Of a stretch of DNA of 64,000 nucleotides, positions 27,290-41,030 are shown piece by piece (position 1 is the stretch's first letter; the number at the start of each line of letters is the position of its first letter). The notes below the pieces were generated by a model. The model made no database searches, was not told the DNA's origin, and saw nothing but the letters and a program-made list of their open reading frames with translations. The position numbers and the translations under genes are program-made. This stretch comes from the human T2T-CHM13v2.0 reference genome, Homo sapiens: NCBI RefSeq assembly GCF_009914755.1, contig NC_060937.1. One strand, given 5' to 3'.

Positions 27290-27622
27290 GCCTTCCTACT
27301 GCAAGTTCCTGCAACTCTGTGCCCTAGAGGGAGCTATTGACAAATGATGTGGAGAAATTGGAGGAAAATACCCAGATGCCTCCCCTGGAGCAGGACAACT
27401 CTGAGGTATCCTACATCACCTCCCAGGGTCCCCAGGGAGACTGCAGCCCACCTGCCCGCAGTGGTAACTTGCTTGAGAATGCACCTTGCATGACTTCCTT
27501 TCTATCTGTATCTCATGTTCTCATTCCCCTACTGGTGTTTCTTCAGGTCACCTTCCAAATAAATTACTTGTGTTCATGTCCTTGTTTCAGGGTCTGCTCC
27601 TGGAAGAACTCAAGCTAAGACA
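27290..27622 (+). mobile_element. LTR16-like ERVL LTR
   Basis: ggacaactctgagg...caaataaattacttg...tcagggtctgct...gctaagaca. Confidence 0.7.
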
Positions 27623-27695
27623 CCTACACATAGATATGTATATTTGCTATTTTCATGCATCTAGTTAGGTTAAATAATGACTTCGAAAGAGATCA

Positions 27696-28175
27696 TTGTT
27701 TTTCCCTATGGCTGCTGTAGCAAACTTGGTGGCATAAAAAACAGAAATTTATGCTCTCAGAGTTTTGAAGGCCAGAAGTCTGAAATCATTATCACTGGGC
27801 CAAAATCAAGGCATCAGCAGAACTGCGCTCCCTCCGGAGGCTCTAGAGGAGAATCATTCCTCTTCCAGCTTCTGGTGGCAGCTGGCATTCCTTGGCTTGT
27901 GGCTGCATCACTGCAATTTCAAGGCCAGCATCTTCAAATCTTTCTCTGTTCTGTCTTCACATCACCTTCTCTTCTGTGTGCCTTTGTCAGATCTCCCTCT
28001 TGTAAGAGCGATTGTGATGGCATTTAGGGCCCACCCAGATAATCCAAGATATTCTCACCATATCTAAATGGTTAACTTAGTCATATCTACAAACACTTTG
28101 CCACACAAGGTCACATTCACAAGTTCCTGGGATTAGGAGGTGGACAGCGGTGGGGGCCATCATCAGTTTACCATG
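27696..28175 (-). mobile_element. MLT1C/D-like LTR
   Basis: ggccagaagtctgaaatc...ctcttccagcttctggtggc...ggtcacattcaca. Confidence 0.8.
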
Positions 28176-29117
28176 ATAAGACAGTCATTCATGCAAAGCA
28201 ATTTTACTCTTAATCCTTTTCATGTGCTAGGGTGTTAGGGGTATGGAGATGAATAAAAGGCAGTCCTTGTCCCTTAGGTGCTCACATTCTAATGAAGAGA
28301 TGGACAAGGAAACCCACCTTTACAGGGTGCTGGCTAAATGCTGACCCAGAGCCACGAAAAGGGCTCTGGCTGCAGTGTGCTTGTGATGGCTCAGAGCACC
28401 AGGACCAGCTTCTGACCATGCACGACACAGAGAAAGGAAGAGAGGCCAGTGTAGAAAGTCAAAGGAGCCTGATCCCAGATGGCCCCCTGCTGTCACCAAA
28501 TCATCAGGGACTACTTGCCTCCAGATTGCTTTAATATAGCAACACTATGAATTTTACGTGAGCCATTGTTTTTGATTGTTTTGTTGGGTTAGACTTTACT
28601 TCTAACAGATACAGGATGGGAGGAGCGTTTAAGGAAGCAAGGAAGAACAGTGTGCACCCATTCACAGAGCCAGGAGGCAGCCATGGCCTTGGGCTGCACA
28701 GTGTTGGGCATGGCTGGGTGGACGGGACAGGAAGGAGTGGTGGTCGCTGAGGAAGAGTCAGATCATTATGGCCTCTACAAGAAACCAATAACTGCAAATT
28801 AGGGAAAAAAACAGCAAAGAGGAAATCAGACTTTGGAAAATTAGAAAAAGGAGGTTGTGGTGGAAATTGGTATTTAGGAGGAACATAATTATTGGGTGGC
28901 CACACAATGTGGCTTTAGAAATAGCTTCTGATTGCTCTGTGCTTATATGTAAAACGGGCCCTGCATGTCGGAGGGCTGGCTCTGGCTGCCTTGGCTGTGC
29001 CCACCTCAGGGGCAGGGTCTCCAGGGCTGTGACTTAGATAGACATCACTTCGGGGACCTAGTCTCTTCCCTCAAAGCCCCAAACCCACTTCCAGGGCCTG
29101 CAGGACTTCTGCCCTCC

Positions 29118-29500
29118 TCTCTTGGTCTATTTGTGCTTCTATAACAGAATGCCAGAGGCTGGGTCACTTATAAAGAACAGAAAGGGGTTCCTCACAGTTC
29201 TGGAGGCTGAGAAGTCAGCGGGTTCAGTCGTGTGGTGAGGGCTGCAGTCTGCCTCGGAGATGGTGCCTCGCTGCTGCATCCTCTGAGGAAAGGAACGCCG
29301 TGTCCTCACATAGCAGGAGGAAGAAGGGCAAGAGAGCCGAATGCTGTGTGAAGCCTCCTTTATAAGGGCCTTAATCCCATTCAGGAGGGAGGAATCCGCA
29401 CGACTTATGTGTCTCTTAAAGGCCCCACCTCTTAATACCATCACATTGGCCACTAAGTTTCAACCCTGAATTTAGGAGGGGACACATTCAAACCACAGCA
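29118..29500 (-). mobile_element. MSTC/D-like MaLR solo LTR
   Basis: Ends ...gacacattcaaaccacagca; 5-bp TSD CCTCC. Confidence 0.85.
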
Positions 29501-30300
29501 CCTCCCCAGATGGTTCACAGCACCACGAGCGAACCCCTAAGCCAAGAGGTGGTCAAGAAGCTCCGTTGGCCGGGAGATAAATGAAGCTTTGACGAGTGAG
29601 CCAGGCTACCATGCAGGTGAACCTCCTGTGGTGGGGACGGAGCCAGAGATGGGACGAGAAGGGTCTGGGCTGCGGGCCAGGGGCTGCGTCTCCTCACACT
29701 ACTGCATTCTGGTGAGGAGCTCCTTGTAATCTAGGGATTGTGACTGGAACCTGGTCTTCCCGACTGTTTAAGGCCTATGTTTGTAAAGGTAGAAGGAGAG
29801 AACATATTTTGTTTAAGAGTTTGTTCATTTGATTTCTAACTCTGAAGTGTGCAGACATATGGTACGGTGTGGGTGGTAGAGCCAGGCAATTTCGGAGGAC
29901 TATTGAACAGCAGCATTCCCTCCAGCCCTCCTCCCACCACCGCGGCCCTCCTTTTCCACCAGCCTCCGAAATCCCCTCCCGGAGCAAACAGACTCTGCCT
30001 GGCTGCTTCTGCAGTTTCTGGGTTACCTGGGGCTTCTCTTTCCCCTCCTCTCCCAGGTTCTGGGGCCCTCAGAACTTACTGGCCTTACCAGGGAACCAGG
30101 CAGCTCCTGGCACTTGCTTCCTGCTGCGTTACTGACTTTCCAGTTTCTAGGAGGCTGATGCCTGCCCTCTGGCCCTCTGCACGTAACATACTCTCTTCCA
30201 GGAATTTCCCCACCTCCGTCCTCCCCAGACTGTCTCCTACCAAGGTCTGTTGTTTCCTTCTCTGTGTTCCCCTCTGTCCCTTCTGCATATATATGAGTAC

Positions 30301-30720
30301 CATTATGGGTTGAATAGTCTCCCAAAAAGATGTTCAGGCTCTAAACCCCAGTACCTGTGAACCTGCAGACGTGACCTTATTTGAAGATAGGGTCTTTAAA
30401 GTTGATTGAATTAAGGTGAGGTCATTAAGGTGGGCCCTAATCTAATATGACTGGTGTCTTTGTAAAAAGTGGAATTTGGAGGCAGAAACAGACATAGACA
30501 CATAGAAAAGATGATGTGAGGACACAGGGAGAATGCCATCTACAAGCCATGGAATGCCCGAGGCTGCCATTAGGCAGGAGAAAGGCCTGGGACAAATTAT
30601 CCCTCACAGCCTAGAAGGAACAAGCCCTGCCAACACCTGGACTGTGAGACAATCAATTCCTGTTATTCAAGCCACCTAATTCATGGTACTTTGTTGTGGC
30701 AGCTCTAGGATTCAAATACA
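30301..30720 (+). mobile_element. MLT1B-like solo LTR inserted in L2
   Basis: ttatgggttgaat...ggtgggccctaatc...aataca; TSD agtac/ggtac. Confidence 0.85.
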
Positions 30721-31809
30721 GGTACTAGTAGCCCAATCACACTGTCACATGAATTTGATTTCTTGTCTCCCCAGCAAAGCCATTGGTTCTTAAAGGCCTG
30801 AACCTACTGCCCCATGGCCCAGTAGAGTGCCTGACACATAGTATGCCATCAAAAAAATTTGGTGTCATAAAAATAATTAGACTTCAAGGTGGAAAATCAC
30901 CGTAGAGATTTTTAACCATTGTCCTAATTAACTATAGCAAAGATGCTAATTATGAGCAAGTGTTATGCAAATGACTCTGTGGCCCTCTTAATTATATCAT
31001 TACCTAGACATGGCCCCTAGGAAATAGCTGCGCTCAATTCTTGGGTTGAAAATCAATGAGAGTGGGGCCAAAAGGCAGTCAAGAGACAGTTTGTTGCTCA
31101 GCACGTTGGGTAGGAAGAGAGAACAAGAACAAATGTTCACTGTGAAATATCTGGAGGTTCTTTTTCATGTGCCCAGTTGATTTCTGCTTCTTATCTTTCA
31201 GCACCACCCTCCACAGAGCAGGGGTAGGGGCCTGAGTACCAGCCAGGAGTGATTTATGAGGGTTATCAGTGGCCGTTGTAGGGAATGCTTCACACCTGTG
31301 GGTCCCCGGCAGGACTATACCCCTTTGCTCTTGTGACATGTGTCCCCTGCTGCAAGTGACACGTGGACCCAGAGTGTCTCAGAGAAATCTGGCTCCTTGG
31401 CGCTCCCAGTCCAAGCTCCCCAGCATCATCCCTGAGACAGCTGGTGCAACAGGGAGCTTTTCTGAAGACACTGGGGTCTCAATGCGGACCTATATGGTGT
31501 CCCACTGCCATGATTCAGGAACAGAGAACAGAAAAATTGCTGTCTTTCTAGAATGTGATCTGGGAACTTGTTCTTCAGCTCCAATATAATTTTCCTAGAG
31601 GTGAACATATTTTCTTAGCAATCATTCATTATTTTTTCCAAGTATAGTAAGACAGTATATTGGACCATTTGAAAACAGACTGAGCCAAAAGGACTTTTAA
31701 GATCATTAAACTGCATTTGGATTTGAGTCTTTCTGATCTAAGCTTCAGTTACAAATTTACTAACTTGAGTGATCAATGCTGTGAAGAAGTGAGCTAACAT
31801 TTTCATTAT

Positions 31810-31812
<3 letters not shown>

Positions 31813-31848
<36 letters not shown>
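31813..31848. repeat. (AT)18 microsatellite
   Basis: Direct. Confidence 0.95.
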
Positions 31849-31852
<4 letters not shown>

Positions 31853-32463
31853 CTAGGGAACAGGCAAAAATGGTATTAATAATGATTGCCTCTGGGCAGT
31901 AGGATTATAGGTGATTTTATTTTCTTATATTTTTGATTTCCTAATTTTGAAAATGAACTTATTTTTTATATCATCAGAAAAATGTTACTTGTAAAGGACT
32001 TGAAATCCTCAGCCTGGATGACAAATGTTTGCTGTTTGGGAGCTGGGTGTGCCGCAGGCCTGGAAGACAGAAACTCATCATTGTCCTGAAACGGAGCTGG
32101 TTTTAAAGTGCCGTGTTCTTGCACTTCACGGCCTGCCCCATGGCCTCCTCCCCAGCCTGGAAAGTTATCTCTGTGAGGCTGTTTTTATTTTCTTTCTTAA
32201 TGAGGAAATGAAGAACAAAGGCCACAAAGTCGTCCCAAGGTCCTTGCACCCTGGAGAGGGGCGAGCACTTTAGGAGCTCTTTGAATCCCTCCCTCTCCAG
32301 ACAGAAAGCTTCTCCTTAGATCTAACCCGTCCCCTCTGCTCCAGATTAAAGCTGTTAGCTCTTATTTGAACCTCAGTAGAAGGTGGGCATCCTATTCCAT
32401 AATAGTCCTGGGTCTACTTGAATAATAAAAGAATTACAACTCGTATTCTCATGACGCTTTAGA

Positions 32464-32643
32464 GTGGTGATTTCTTAACTGTAAAGGCACAATCTAACTG
32501 CCTGGGGAGCGTTTAACGAAGACCACTGCCTGGCCCAACCCTAGAGTGCTGACTTAATCGGTCTGGGGTGGGCACCTACAGCTGGAGTTCTGTAAAAGCT
32601 CCCCAGGCAATTCTAATACGTGGCCAGAGCTGAAAACTGCTGC
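32464..32643. mobile_element. MER5B-like hAT-Charlie (another fragment at about 33810-33920)
   Basis: ggtctggggtggg...aaaagctccccagg..attctaat. Confidence 0.65.
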
Positions 32644-33226
32644 TTCCGAATTTTTAAAGCACGTGTACACTATTTCAGCTGATCCTCAGAACCACTATAG
32701 GCAAGGCAAGTCTGCCCTATTTTCCCAGGCAGGTCTTTTTATAGCATTACTTTAAAAACCTTAAATCTCAGTCTACTTCTGGAGTTTTTCCAATTTTCTT
32801 TTCCTTTGTGAAATCTACCGTTGATATGCCTTTCAGCTTTAAAACTCTCCAGTTACCTGAATGTAAACTCTCAGCCCTAGAGAACTCCATCTATTCTGTG
32901 ATTCTCCAAGCACTTGAAAGATTTTGGTCTCAAAACTGCTATCCAAAGACACCATGAAGCCTGTCCTGCTTCTCATCACTCAGCACTATCCTACCCTACC
33001 TTTAAGACAAGGTCAAAAGATGCAAAGGCCTTCAGGGCCAGCAGGCACTGTGCAAGTGTTAATCTGGTGGTTTAGTCCTACAGGCCTGACAGTATAGGGA
33101 GTGGTGCTGACAGTGTTTGTCAAAGATCTGGGCTGTGACCTGGTGTGACCTTGGGCAAATTACTTACTGGCTCTGAGCCTCAGCTCTCTCCTCTGTAGTA
33201 ACATTGGGACTGTATTTTTAAAAAAA

Positions 33227-33344
33227 TATTATTTTAGATTCAAGGGTACATGTGCAGGCTTGTTACATGGGTATATTGAGTGATGTTGAGGTTTGGGTTT
33301 CTAGTAAACCCATCACCCAAACAGTGAACATAGTACCAAATAGT
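33227..33344 (-). mobile_element. L1PA/PB extreme 3' fragment
   Basis: ttttagattcaagggtacatgtgcagg.ttgttacatgggtatattg. Confidence 0.8.
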
Positions 33345-34117
33345 CTACATTTTAGGCCTTACAAAGGTCAAAGATCCATTCTCATCTGTTTAATCTTCAC
33401 CACTCTATAATTAGGGCAATTTTTACAACCCGTTTTACATACTAGGCAAATCTGACTTAGGTTTAAGTGAACTTCAGTTAAAAAATTATACAAGTAAAAA
33501 CTGGCAGAACTTGGTTTTGAAGTCAATTCCTTTTAGTGCCAAACCCTTTATTTGTCCCACAACGCCACATCGAATTCTCTAAGAGTGTCAGTAATGTTAG
33601 CTGCCTCAAAGGGTTGTAAGTTAGATTGAATGTAGTCAGGCCCACAGCAGGCACAGGACCTGCCCCCCTTGCTGCTGTCGATAAAGCTCTGCTATTAACA
33701 AAAGCAATAACAGAATATTCAAAGTGGTCTGGGGTAGCCTCCATACCCCTCACCTGTCACTGGCCATTTTCTTCCTTCTTTGTAAGCTGGAAGGCTCTGG
33801 GCCTAACCTCATCTAATTAAGGCAGAGTATCTGGGGTTGAGACCCAGGTTTCAGCCCTTCCCCTTGGTTTCAAGCTCCCTAGATGATTCCAACATGCAGG
33901 TGGAGTTGAAAACCACTGTGGGGAAAGAGACCAGTGCTAAATGTCTTTGGACCTCCAGACACATAGAGCCTGGCACACAAACAATGTTTTGTGGTATAAT
34001 TTGTTAAAGCAGCGCATCGGAGTTGGAAAAATCCAGGTTTAAATCTCTATCACTTATCAGAGAAGGGGACTTATTTGCTCTGAGCCTTATTCCTCATTTA
34101 TTAAAAAACAAAAACCA

Positions 34118-34183
34118 CGAGATTGCGCCACTGCACTCCAGCCTGGGCGACAGAGCGAGACTCTGTCTCAAAAAAAAAAACAA
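34118..34183 (+). mobile_element. Severely 5'-truncated young Alu inside a MIR
   Basis: cgagattgcgccactgcactccagcctgggcgacagagcgagactctgtctc + A-tail; 15-bp TSD AAAAAACAAAAACCA. Confidence 0.92.
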
Positions 34184-35289
34184 AAAAAACAAAAACCAAA
34201 AAACCAAAAAAAGAAGCCATCCTCTACTCTGCAGGGCTGTGCTGAGAAGTGACAGAGAACCAAGGCGTGTGCTAATGTGTCCACTGCTGTGAGTGCTAAA
34301 GCGGTATGCAAACGTACGGCAGCATGACAGTATCGTGGGTGCTTAATACATATTTATCGATTTCCACGAGATCTTACTTACCCATCTTTTCTTCACTCTT
34401 AAACATGAAGCTGGGGGAAATAAATAAGAAATATAATTGCACCTCACACTTCAGGACTCCCTAGGCATCTCGCATTAATAGGTCTCTTCAGCTTTCCTCT
34501 AAGTGCTAATAATTCCTGGGCGTTTTGATGGGAGCGCTTTCTCCCAAAGATAAATTGACCCCAGCTAAGAGCCAAGCTCCTAGCCAAATCTCATTACAAT
34601 CAGCCTTGATGGCAGACAGGATTCAGAATGTAACAAAATTAGAGCTTTTAAATCATTATCTCGACTCTGGGAGCACTGCGTTAACAGATGGGAATGTGGA
34701 TGATGGAGAAAAGACCTCACACCACACTCTTCCCCAGAAAACGGATTTCCCCCAAGCCAGGAGCGCAGCCCCCAGCCCTGCCTGGGGTGTGTGCTTAGTG
34801 TCACCTTGGAGGGAGTGACATCTGAACTGACCTTTTCACACCTTCGTGAAGTAGTCTTCCTGAGGATCCACTTTTCCCAGCTCACTTTTCTGCAGAAGGT
34901 AACCATAGGGGAAAATGTGAAATGCTGAGTCTCTTAGGAAACAACTTGGTGAGCAAGAAGTTACTTGGGACAGTACTTTCTGTTGCTGCTTTCCTGAGCT
35001 CTGAGCAGCTTCCTCATCTGTTCGTTCATTCAACAGCATCAGTGCACACTGGGCCCTCATATCATACCTGTTCTGGCTACATCCTCTGTGCCTGTGACAT
35101 TTCTCCGTTTTGTAGGACAGCCCTACCCCAGCTCCCTCGCTTCCTAGGCCTTGTTCTCTGAGTTACAGCTTTCCTCCAAAGGCTCCCTCCCCTGACCATG
35201 AAGACCAAAACCCAAGTCTCTCAGCATTCAAAGATCTCTGCCTTCCTCCCCCTGGCCCTCAACACCCCAGCCCTGTGTCTTTGTTTCCT

Positions 35290-35616
35290 GGTTTCTCCTT
35301 AGCCTCTGTCTGGAAGGCGTTTTCCCTTGAGCCTTGTATGGCTGGTTCAGTGCATGTTCTTTTCATTCAGATGTGAGCTCTTGTGACACTTTTTTAAAGA
35401 AAGCTTTCCTGGATGACTCAGTCCATAGAAGCTTGTTTTAATTCTCTGCAAAGCATTTAACATTACCTGATATATTTATTTACTTATTATCATTTTCTTC
35501 TTCTCTGGGCTGGATTGTAAACCCTGTGAGATCAGACCTGTTTATGTCATTCACTAATACATCTTCAAAGCTTAGGATGATGCTTGGCATATAGTAGGTG
35601 CTAAATAAACATTTAA
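35290..35616 (+). mobile_element. L2 3' end
   Basis: tgcttggcatatagtaggtgctaaataaacattt. Confidence 0.7.
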
Positions 35617-35854
35617 ATGGATGGATGGATGGATGAGTGGGTGGGTGGATGGATGGATGGATGGTTGGGTAGGTGGATGGATGGATGGATGGTTGGATGG
35701 ATGGATGGGTGAGTGGCTGGGTGGATGGATGGATGGATGGATGGATGGATGGATGGATGGATGGATGAGTGGGTGCGTGGGTGGATGGATGGATGAGTGG
35801 GTGGGTGGGTGGGTGGATGGATGGATGGGTGGGTGGATAGATGGATGGATGGAT
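35617..35854. repeat. (TGGA)n/(TGGG)n compound simple repeat
   Basis: Direct; grown from the L2 tail. Confidence 0.95.
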
Positions 35855-36329
35855 CAATCAATAGCGTTCTCTGCAAGTGCTCCTTGACTCTCCGGGCTTT
35901 ATTATTTATTACACTCTATGCTTTACCTTATCACGTGCCTCCTGTTCATGTTGCAGCCTTCATCACATGTTAATAGCTCAATCCTAGCATAGTGGACATG
36001 TTAAACATATTTCTTCAAGTTAAACATGAAAATCTGCTCTCTAGGAGTTTACAGTCCAGGAGGGAAGGTAGAGCAGGTTCAGAAAGACCTAAACTCTACG
36101 TGTGAGTTGTGGGTTCCCTAAAATAAAAAGATAATGTGAGGGCTGAGGGCTGTGGGTTGCAGAGGCTGGCACCCCTCCAACATTCTGGGGTGACAAACAT
36201 TTCCAGATTGACACCCAGACCAACCCTGACCTGGTGATCCCCTAGGACTGTCTCTGGGCGATGTACACATTAACTGTGATGAACTCAGCGGGCTAGATTA
36301 GTCTCTCGAGTAAACCACAGTTTTAACGG

Positions 36330-36830
36330 CCTGCCCACCACCAATTCCTTTTTTCTTCATGGCTAACAGCTCTTTAGTTTCATTCATGTCAGCTAAGTGG
36401 CCACTCTTAGCTCTGAGCCAATCACTATTCTTTGTTTCCCTGGCCCTTCTTGACAGTTCTGATGCCTGTGTGACTGACCCAGCTCTGGTCCGTGAAACTT
36501 AAGAGCTGTCTTTTGGAGGAGAGGATCCTGACAAAGCTTTTGCTTTCCTAATAAAATGAAACAGTGTCACCCTTTTCCCCTTCCATTTGTCTTGAATACA
36601 GTCAAGATGCTGGAGCTGCAGCCAGTGTCTTGCAAACACGAGGCAGCAAATGCAAAGGAAAGGGCAAGAGAAGAGGAGACAGGCCAATCCTGACATTCTG
36701 AGCACCTGAACTATGCTAGAAACCATCTACCCCCAGGCTGTGATTTGTAAGAAAAACAAACCTCTACTTATTCAAACCACTGTTATTTGACCATTCTGCT
36801 ATTTATAACTGATTTTATTTCTAACTAATA
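36330..36830 (+). mobile_element. Old MaLR LTR (MLT1J/K-like)
   Basis: gatgctggagctgcagcc..cttg...aaaccactgttatt...ctaactaata. Confidence 0.6.
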
Positions 36831-37225
36831 TGGAACTCTACAGACATGTCCAATCCAGGCCTGGAGCCAGTCCAGGAGGTCACAGAGTTCTCAGAGGGGT
36901 TGGGAAAGTTCCAAACAGCAGCAAAGGAACCCTAGAGCTGGATTCCTTTCCTCCCTCAGTATAGGTGGTTTGCTCCCAGGACAGACTAATGAGTCCCATA
37001 GGCTTCAGGAGATACTTCATTCAATTCCTGGCTACATCAGGCTCTGATTGATTCAGTAAAAGCAGTCACCAGGGTAGCCTTGTGTTCAGACTACATGATA
37101 CCAAAGCAACATTTCCCTTCCAGGCCCCTGCCACCTCTACCAATAAAGTTTTTAATTTTATCTTTCCAGCCAACCTCTGTCTTTCCTTCTCTCTGCTTCC
37201 ATAATTGTTTGTAGCATCTCCACTC

Positions 37226-37374
37226 AAGGCTGGCTTCATGGACATCCAATCTGTGCAGTTCCAACAGTGCCCCAATTTAATGCACTACTGTCACTGCTGT
37301 GAAATTCTTAAATTTTAACAACGAGGCCCACATTTTCATTTTCACTGGGCCCCACAAATTAGGTAGCCAGTCCC
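37226..37374 (+). mobile_element. MER45A-like hAT-Tip100, adjacent to a MIR (37375-37555)
   Basis: ggctggcttcatgg...gaaattctta...cattttcatttt.cactgggccccacaaatt..gtagccag. Confidence 0.7.
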
Positions 37375-38643
37375 ACCTCTGCTAATGGACTTTGCAACTT
37401 TCAGCCATGTCTTAGCTCCTCTGAACCTCAGTTTTCTCACCTGTAAAATGAGAATAATAATAACTGCTTTACTGGGTTGTTGGGAGGACTAAATGAGATA
37501 TCATAAGCAAAGCATCCCCCTTTGTCTGACCTATGGGAGTGCTCTGTGAAGGTTTCTTCTCCTGCCCTTCTCCTCTTGAGTATTTGACCCTGACTGGTTC
37601 ATAACCTTCCGTGGCTGAAGTTCATGGTCCTGATGCCTCATTTAGAGATGAACTAGCTAAACTCTTTGAGGGGCATGGTGATCTTTATTCTGATGATCTT
37701 CACCCCAACGGTGCCTGTCCTTAGCAGGCACCAAGTAAAGGTTTGACAAGTGAACAAATGCTACTCTGAAAGCTGCTAGGATTCTGTGTCGTAGCCCACT
37801 TCTCCTTTTGAAGTTGCATTTTGGGAACAGCAAAATTTAACCACAGTATAATAAGGAAGGCATAATTCACTATTTTGCGAGACTCAAAAACTGCTATCCC
37901 AGCTTATCTAATGAAAGATAGTCCAAATTTCCTCTCAATCCAGGCTGAGCTTCCATGTGGAATTAGATTAGAGCCAGGACATTTCCATAAGGAATCAAAT
38001 GCACCCAGGACCAAGCCTCTTTCAGGGGGCCCGAGGTGAAGTCCATGACAATAAAGGTCTCTTTCAATAAGTCATTTTCAACAGTGTGCTCTGGTTTCCT
38101 CTAGGATTGAATTCCGGTCTCATTGTCATGCCTGATGGTGAAGGGGAAACCTGCTTACCATGCAGAAAAGCCAGCATCTAGACCCATGTGTGGTTTAAAA
38201 GGAATCAGTCAGTGAAAACAAGTGGTATTGACAGAATAGTTAGAAGGGAGGAGAGTTTTGAACAGAATTAACTCTATTTTTTTTTTTGCAGAAAAACTGC
38301 ATTTAAAAAAATCCACCCTTTTCAAAGTTTCAAAGCATTTTAATAAGCAATAGCTTACATAACTAAGTTAATAATAGTTAATCTAGAATTACCGCTGATT
38401 AAGCACCAAGACCTTTCATCAACACCACAGCACTGTGAGGTAGATGTGTTGATTTTACTCACTTTGCAATGGAGTAAATTGAGGTTTCAAAGGATCAGTA
38501 ACTTGGCTCAAGGGCATAGAGCTAGCAAAAGTCAGCAAGCTGACTGACTCCAAAAACTGCTTGTGTGTAAAATGCATTAATCTCAACTGTGCAGCTTGGT
38601 GAATTTTAACCTACGCATGACCCAGTAACCACCACCCAGATCA

Positions 38644-39057
<414 letters not shown>

Positions 39058-39270
39058 TTAGTTTGAGGCAAAACTGTCTTGCTTGTTTCCCTTTCTGTAT
39101 TTTTTTTCCCTCTGAGAAGACCAAACATTGCTTCTAATTTCTAATAAATCTCACTCCTATTTAGGGCAGCAATTATCTTGTTTTTAGAGGCGCTTGGGTT
39201 CGAGGCCATGATGAACCACACCCCAGGAGCCTTCTGTCCCGGGGTGCAGCTTTCCTGTCTGGCTGCGGTA

Positions 39271-39855
39271 CAGGCCTGCCTCTAACATTTGCGAGACCCT
39301 GGGCAAGGGTCACAGAAAGAAGCATGAACCATTTGTCTAAATGTTTCAGAGGTACACACTAAGCCAATAGGCTGTTAAATGCAGTCCATTTTTCTTCCTA
39401 TCTTGATAAATGAACATCTTCATAACACATGAGAAAGCCAGGTTTGAATTAGAGGGCTCGGACTCCTTGGAGTTCTAGAATACGTCCCTTGGAAACAGTC
39501 AGCTGTAGCCCCAGGGGCAGCCACCTTCTTCTCTTCTCATCCCTAGTTCCATCCCATACCTGATGTATGTGGCCACCTGAGCCTGTACATCCAAGTTCTG
39601 TCTAAAGTCTCCATAAAGAGTGAGCCTGGATACCTGTCAGGGGCATGCATGCTGGTGGCACTGTGCACTCTTGGGAGAAGGACAGACCTGCAGAAGACAA
39701 GCAAGCCCCAGGCACCCAGAGAGAGACCTAGAAAGGGAAGTGTGAGCTCCAAGTGGGGACAGTCAGGTGGGGATGCACATTCCTCAAGGCGTGGGGTAGG
39801 GGCACAGCCCGAGGCAGGCCAGGTGGGTCCTGCAGAGCTTAGCGTACACACCTGC
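39271..39855 (+). mobile_element. MER115-like hAT-Tip100
   Basis: ctctaacatttg..gggcaag...cttcataac...gccaggtttgaatt..ctcggactccttggagttc. Confidence 0.65.
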
Positions 39856-40228
39856 CTGGCCTAAGGGTGGTTTTACAACACTGAGGTCATTCATCTCAAT
39901 CAAGAGGCAACTTGCTTCATTCCCAAATTCACTCTGAAGAGTTGGGTTTGGTTAAAGCCCTCTTCACTGGTGCTTACCTTCTGCTGGGCATTGAGGCATG
40001 AAGATGAACTAAACTTGCTCCCAGCTCTTCAGGGCCTCAAGTCTAGTGGGAGAACCCAGCTGGGTAGCAGTTTTATACCATGTCAGAGACAGACATAGGA
40101 GGTTTGAGGAAGGGCTCTGAGCAGGAGAGGACCTCTGAGTGGTCCTAGAAGGTGAGAAAGTACTAACCAAAAAAAGGCAGAGGAAGGTATTTTGGGGAGA
40201 GAGCACAGAATAAGTTAAGAATGGTCTA

Positions 40229-40709
<481 letters not shown>

Positions 40710-40819
40710 CTAAGGCTTTCAGCAGAAGGGGGTCATGCGCAAATTGATATTTGTAGACATACAACTCTGGCACTGATATGGAGTAGAAGATAATCCAGTA
40801 AGGAGTTAATGAAGGTCTG

Positions 40820-41030
40820 TTATGCATTCACTCAGTAGATATTTATTGAGCCTCCAATATGCCAGGCGCTGTTCTAGACTGGGGAAGCTATGGTGGGCAA
40901 GGCAGAAATAGTCCCTCCTCTCAAGCAGTTTATACTCTAATGAGAAGGCAGGGACACCATAGAAACACAAAGCAATAAAGACATCACACTGTTTCAGACA
41001 GCGGTGAGTGCTGTGGGTAATGGATAATGG
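40820..41030 (-). mobile_element. L2 fragment
   Basis: atttattgagcctc..atgccaggc.ctgttctag. Confidence 0.65.

Noticed and set aside
28478-28497. Weaker CTCF-like matches (also about 21825 and 27320)
   Set aside because: Mismatches at key core positions; cannot be supported without scoring.
31197-31220. REST/RE1 left half TTCAGCACC (also about 19592)
   Set aside because: No GGACAG right half at the proper spacing.
35480-35887. HPSI/MDGW repeat ORFs
   Set aside because: Translation of a (TGGA)n simple repeat.
39197-39207. Isolated Pol III B-box GGTTCGAGGCC (similar at about 57988)
   Set aside because: No A-box or cloverleaf; about one such match is expected by chance in 64 kb.
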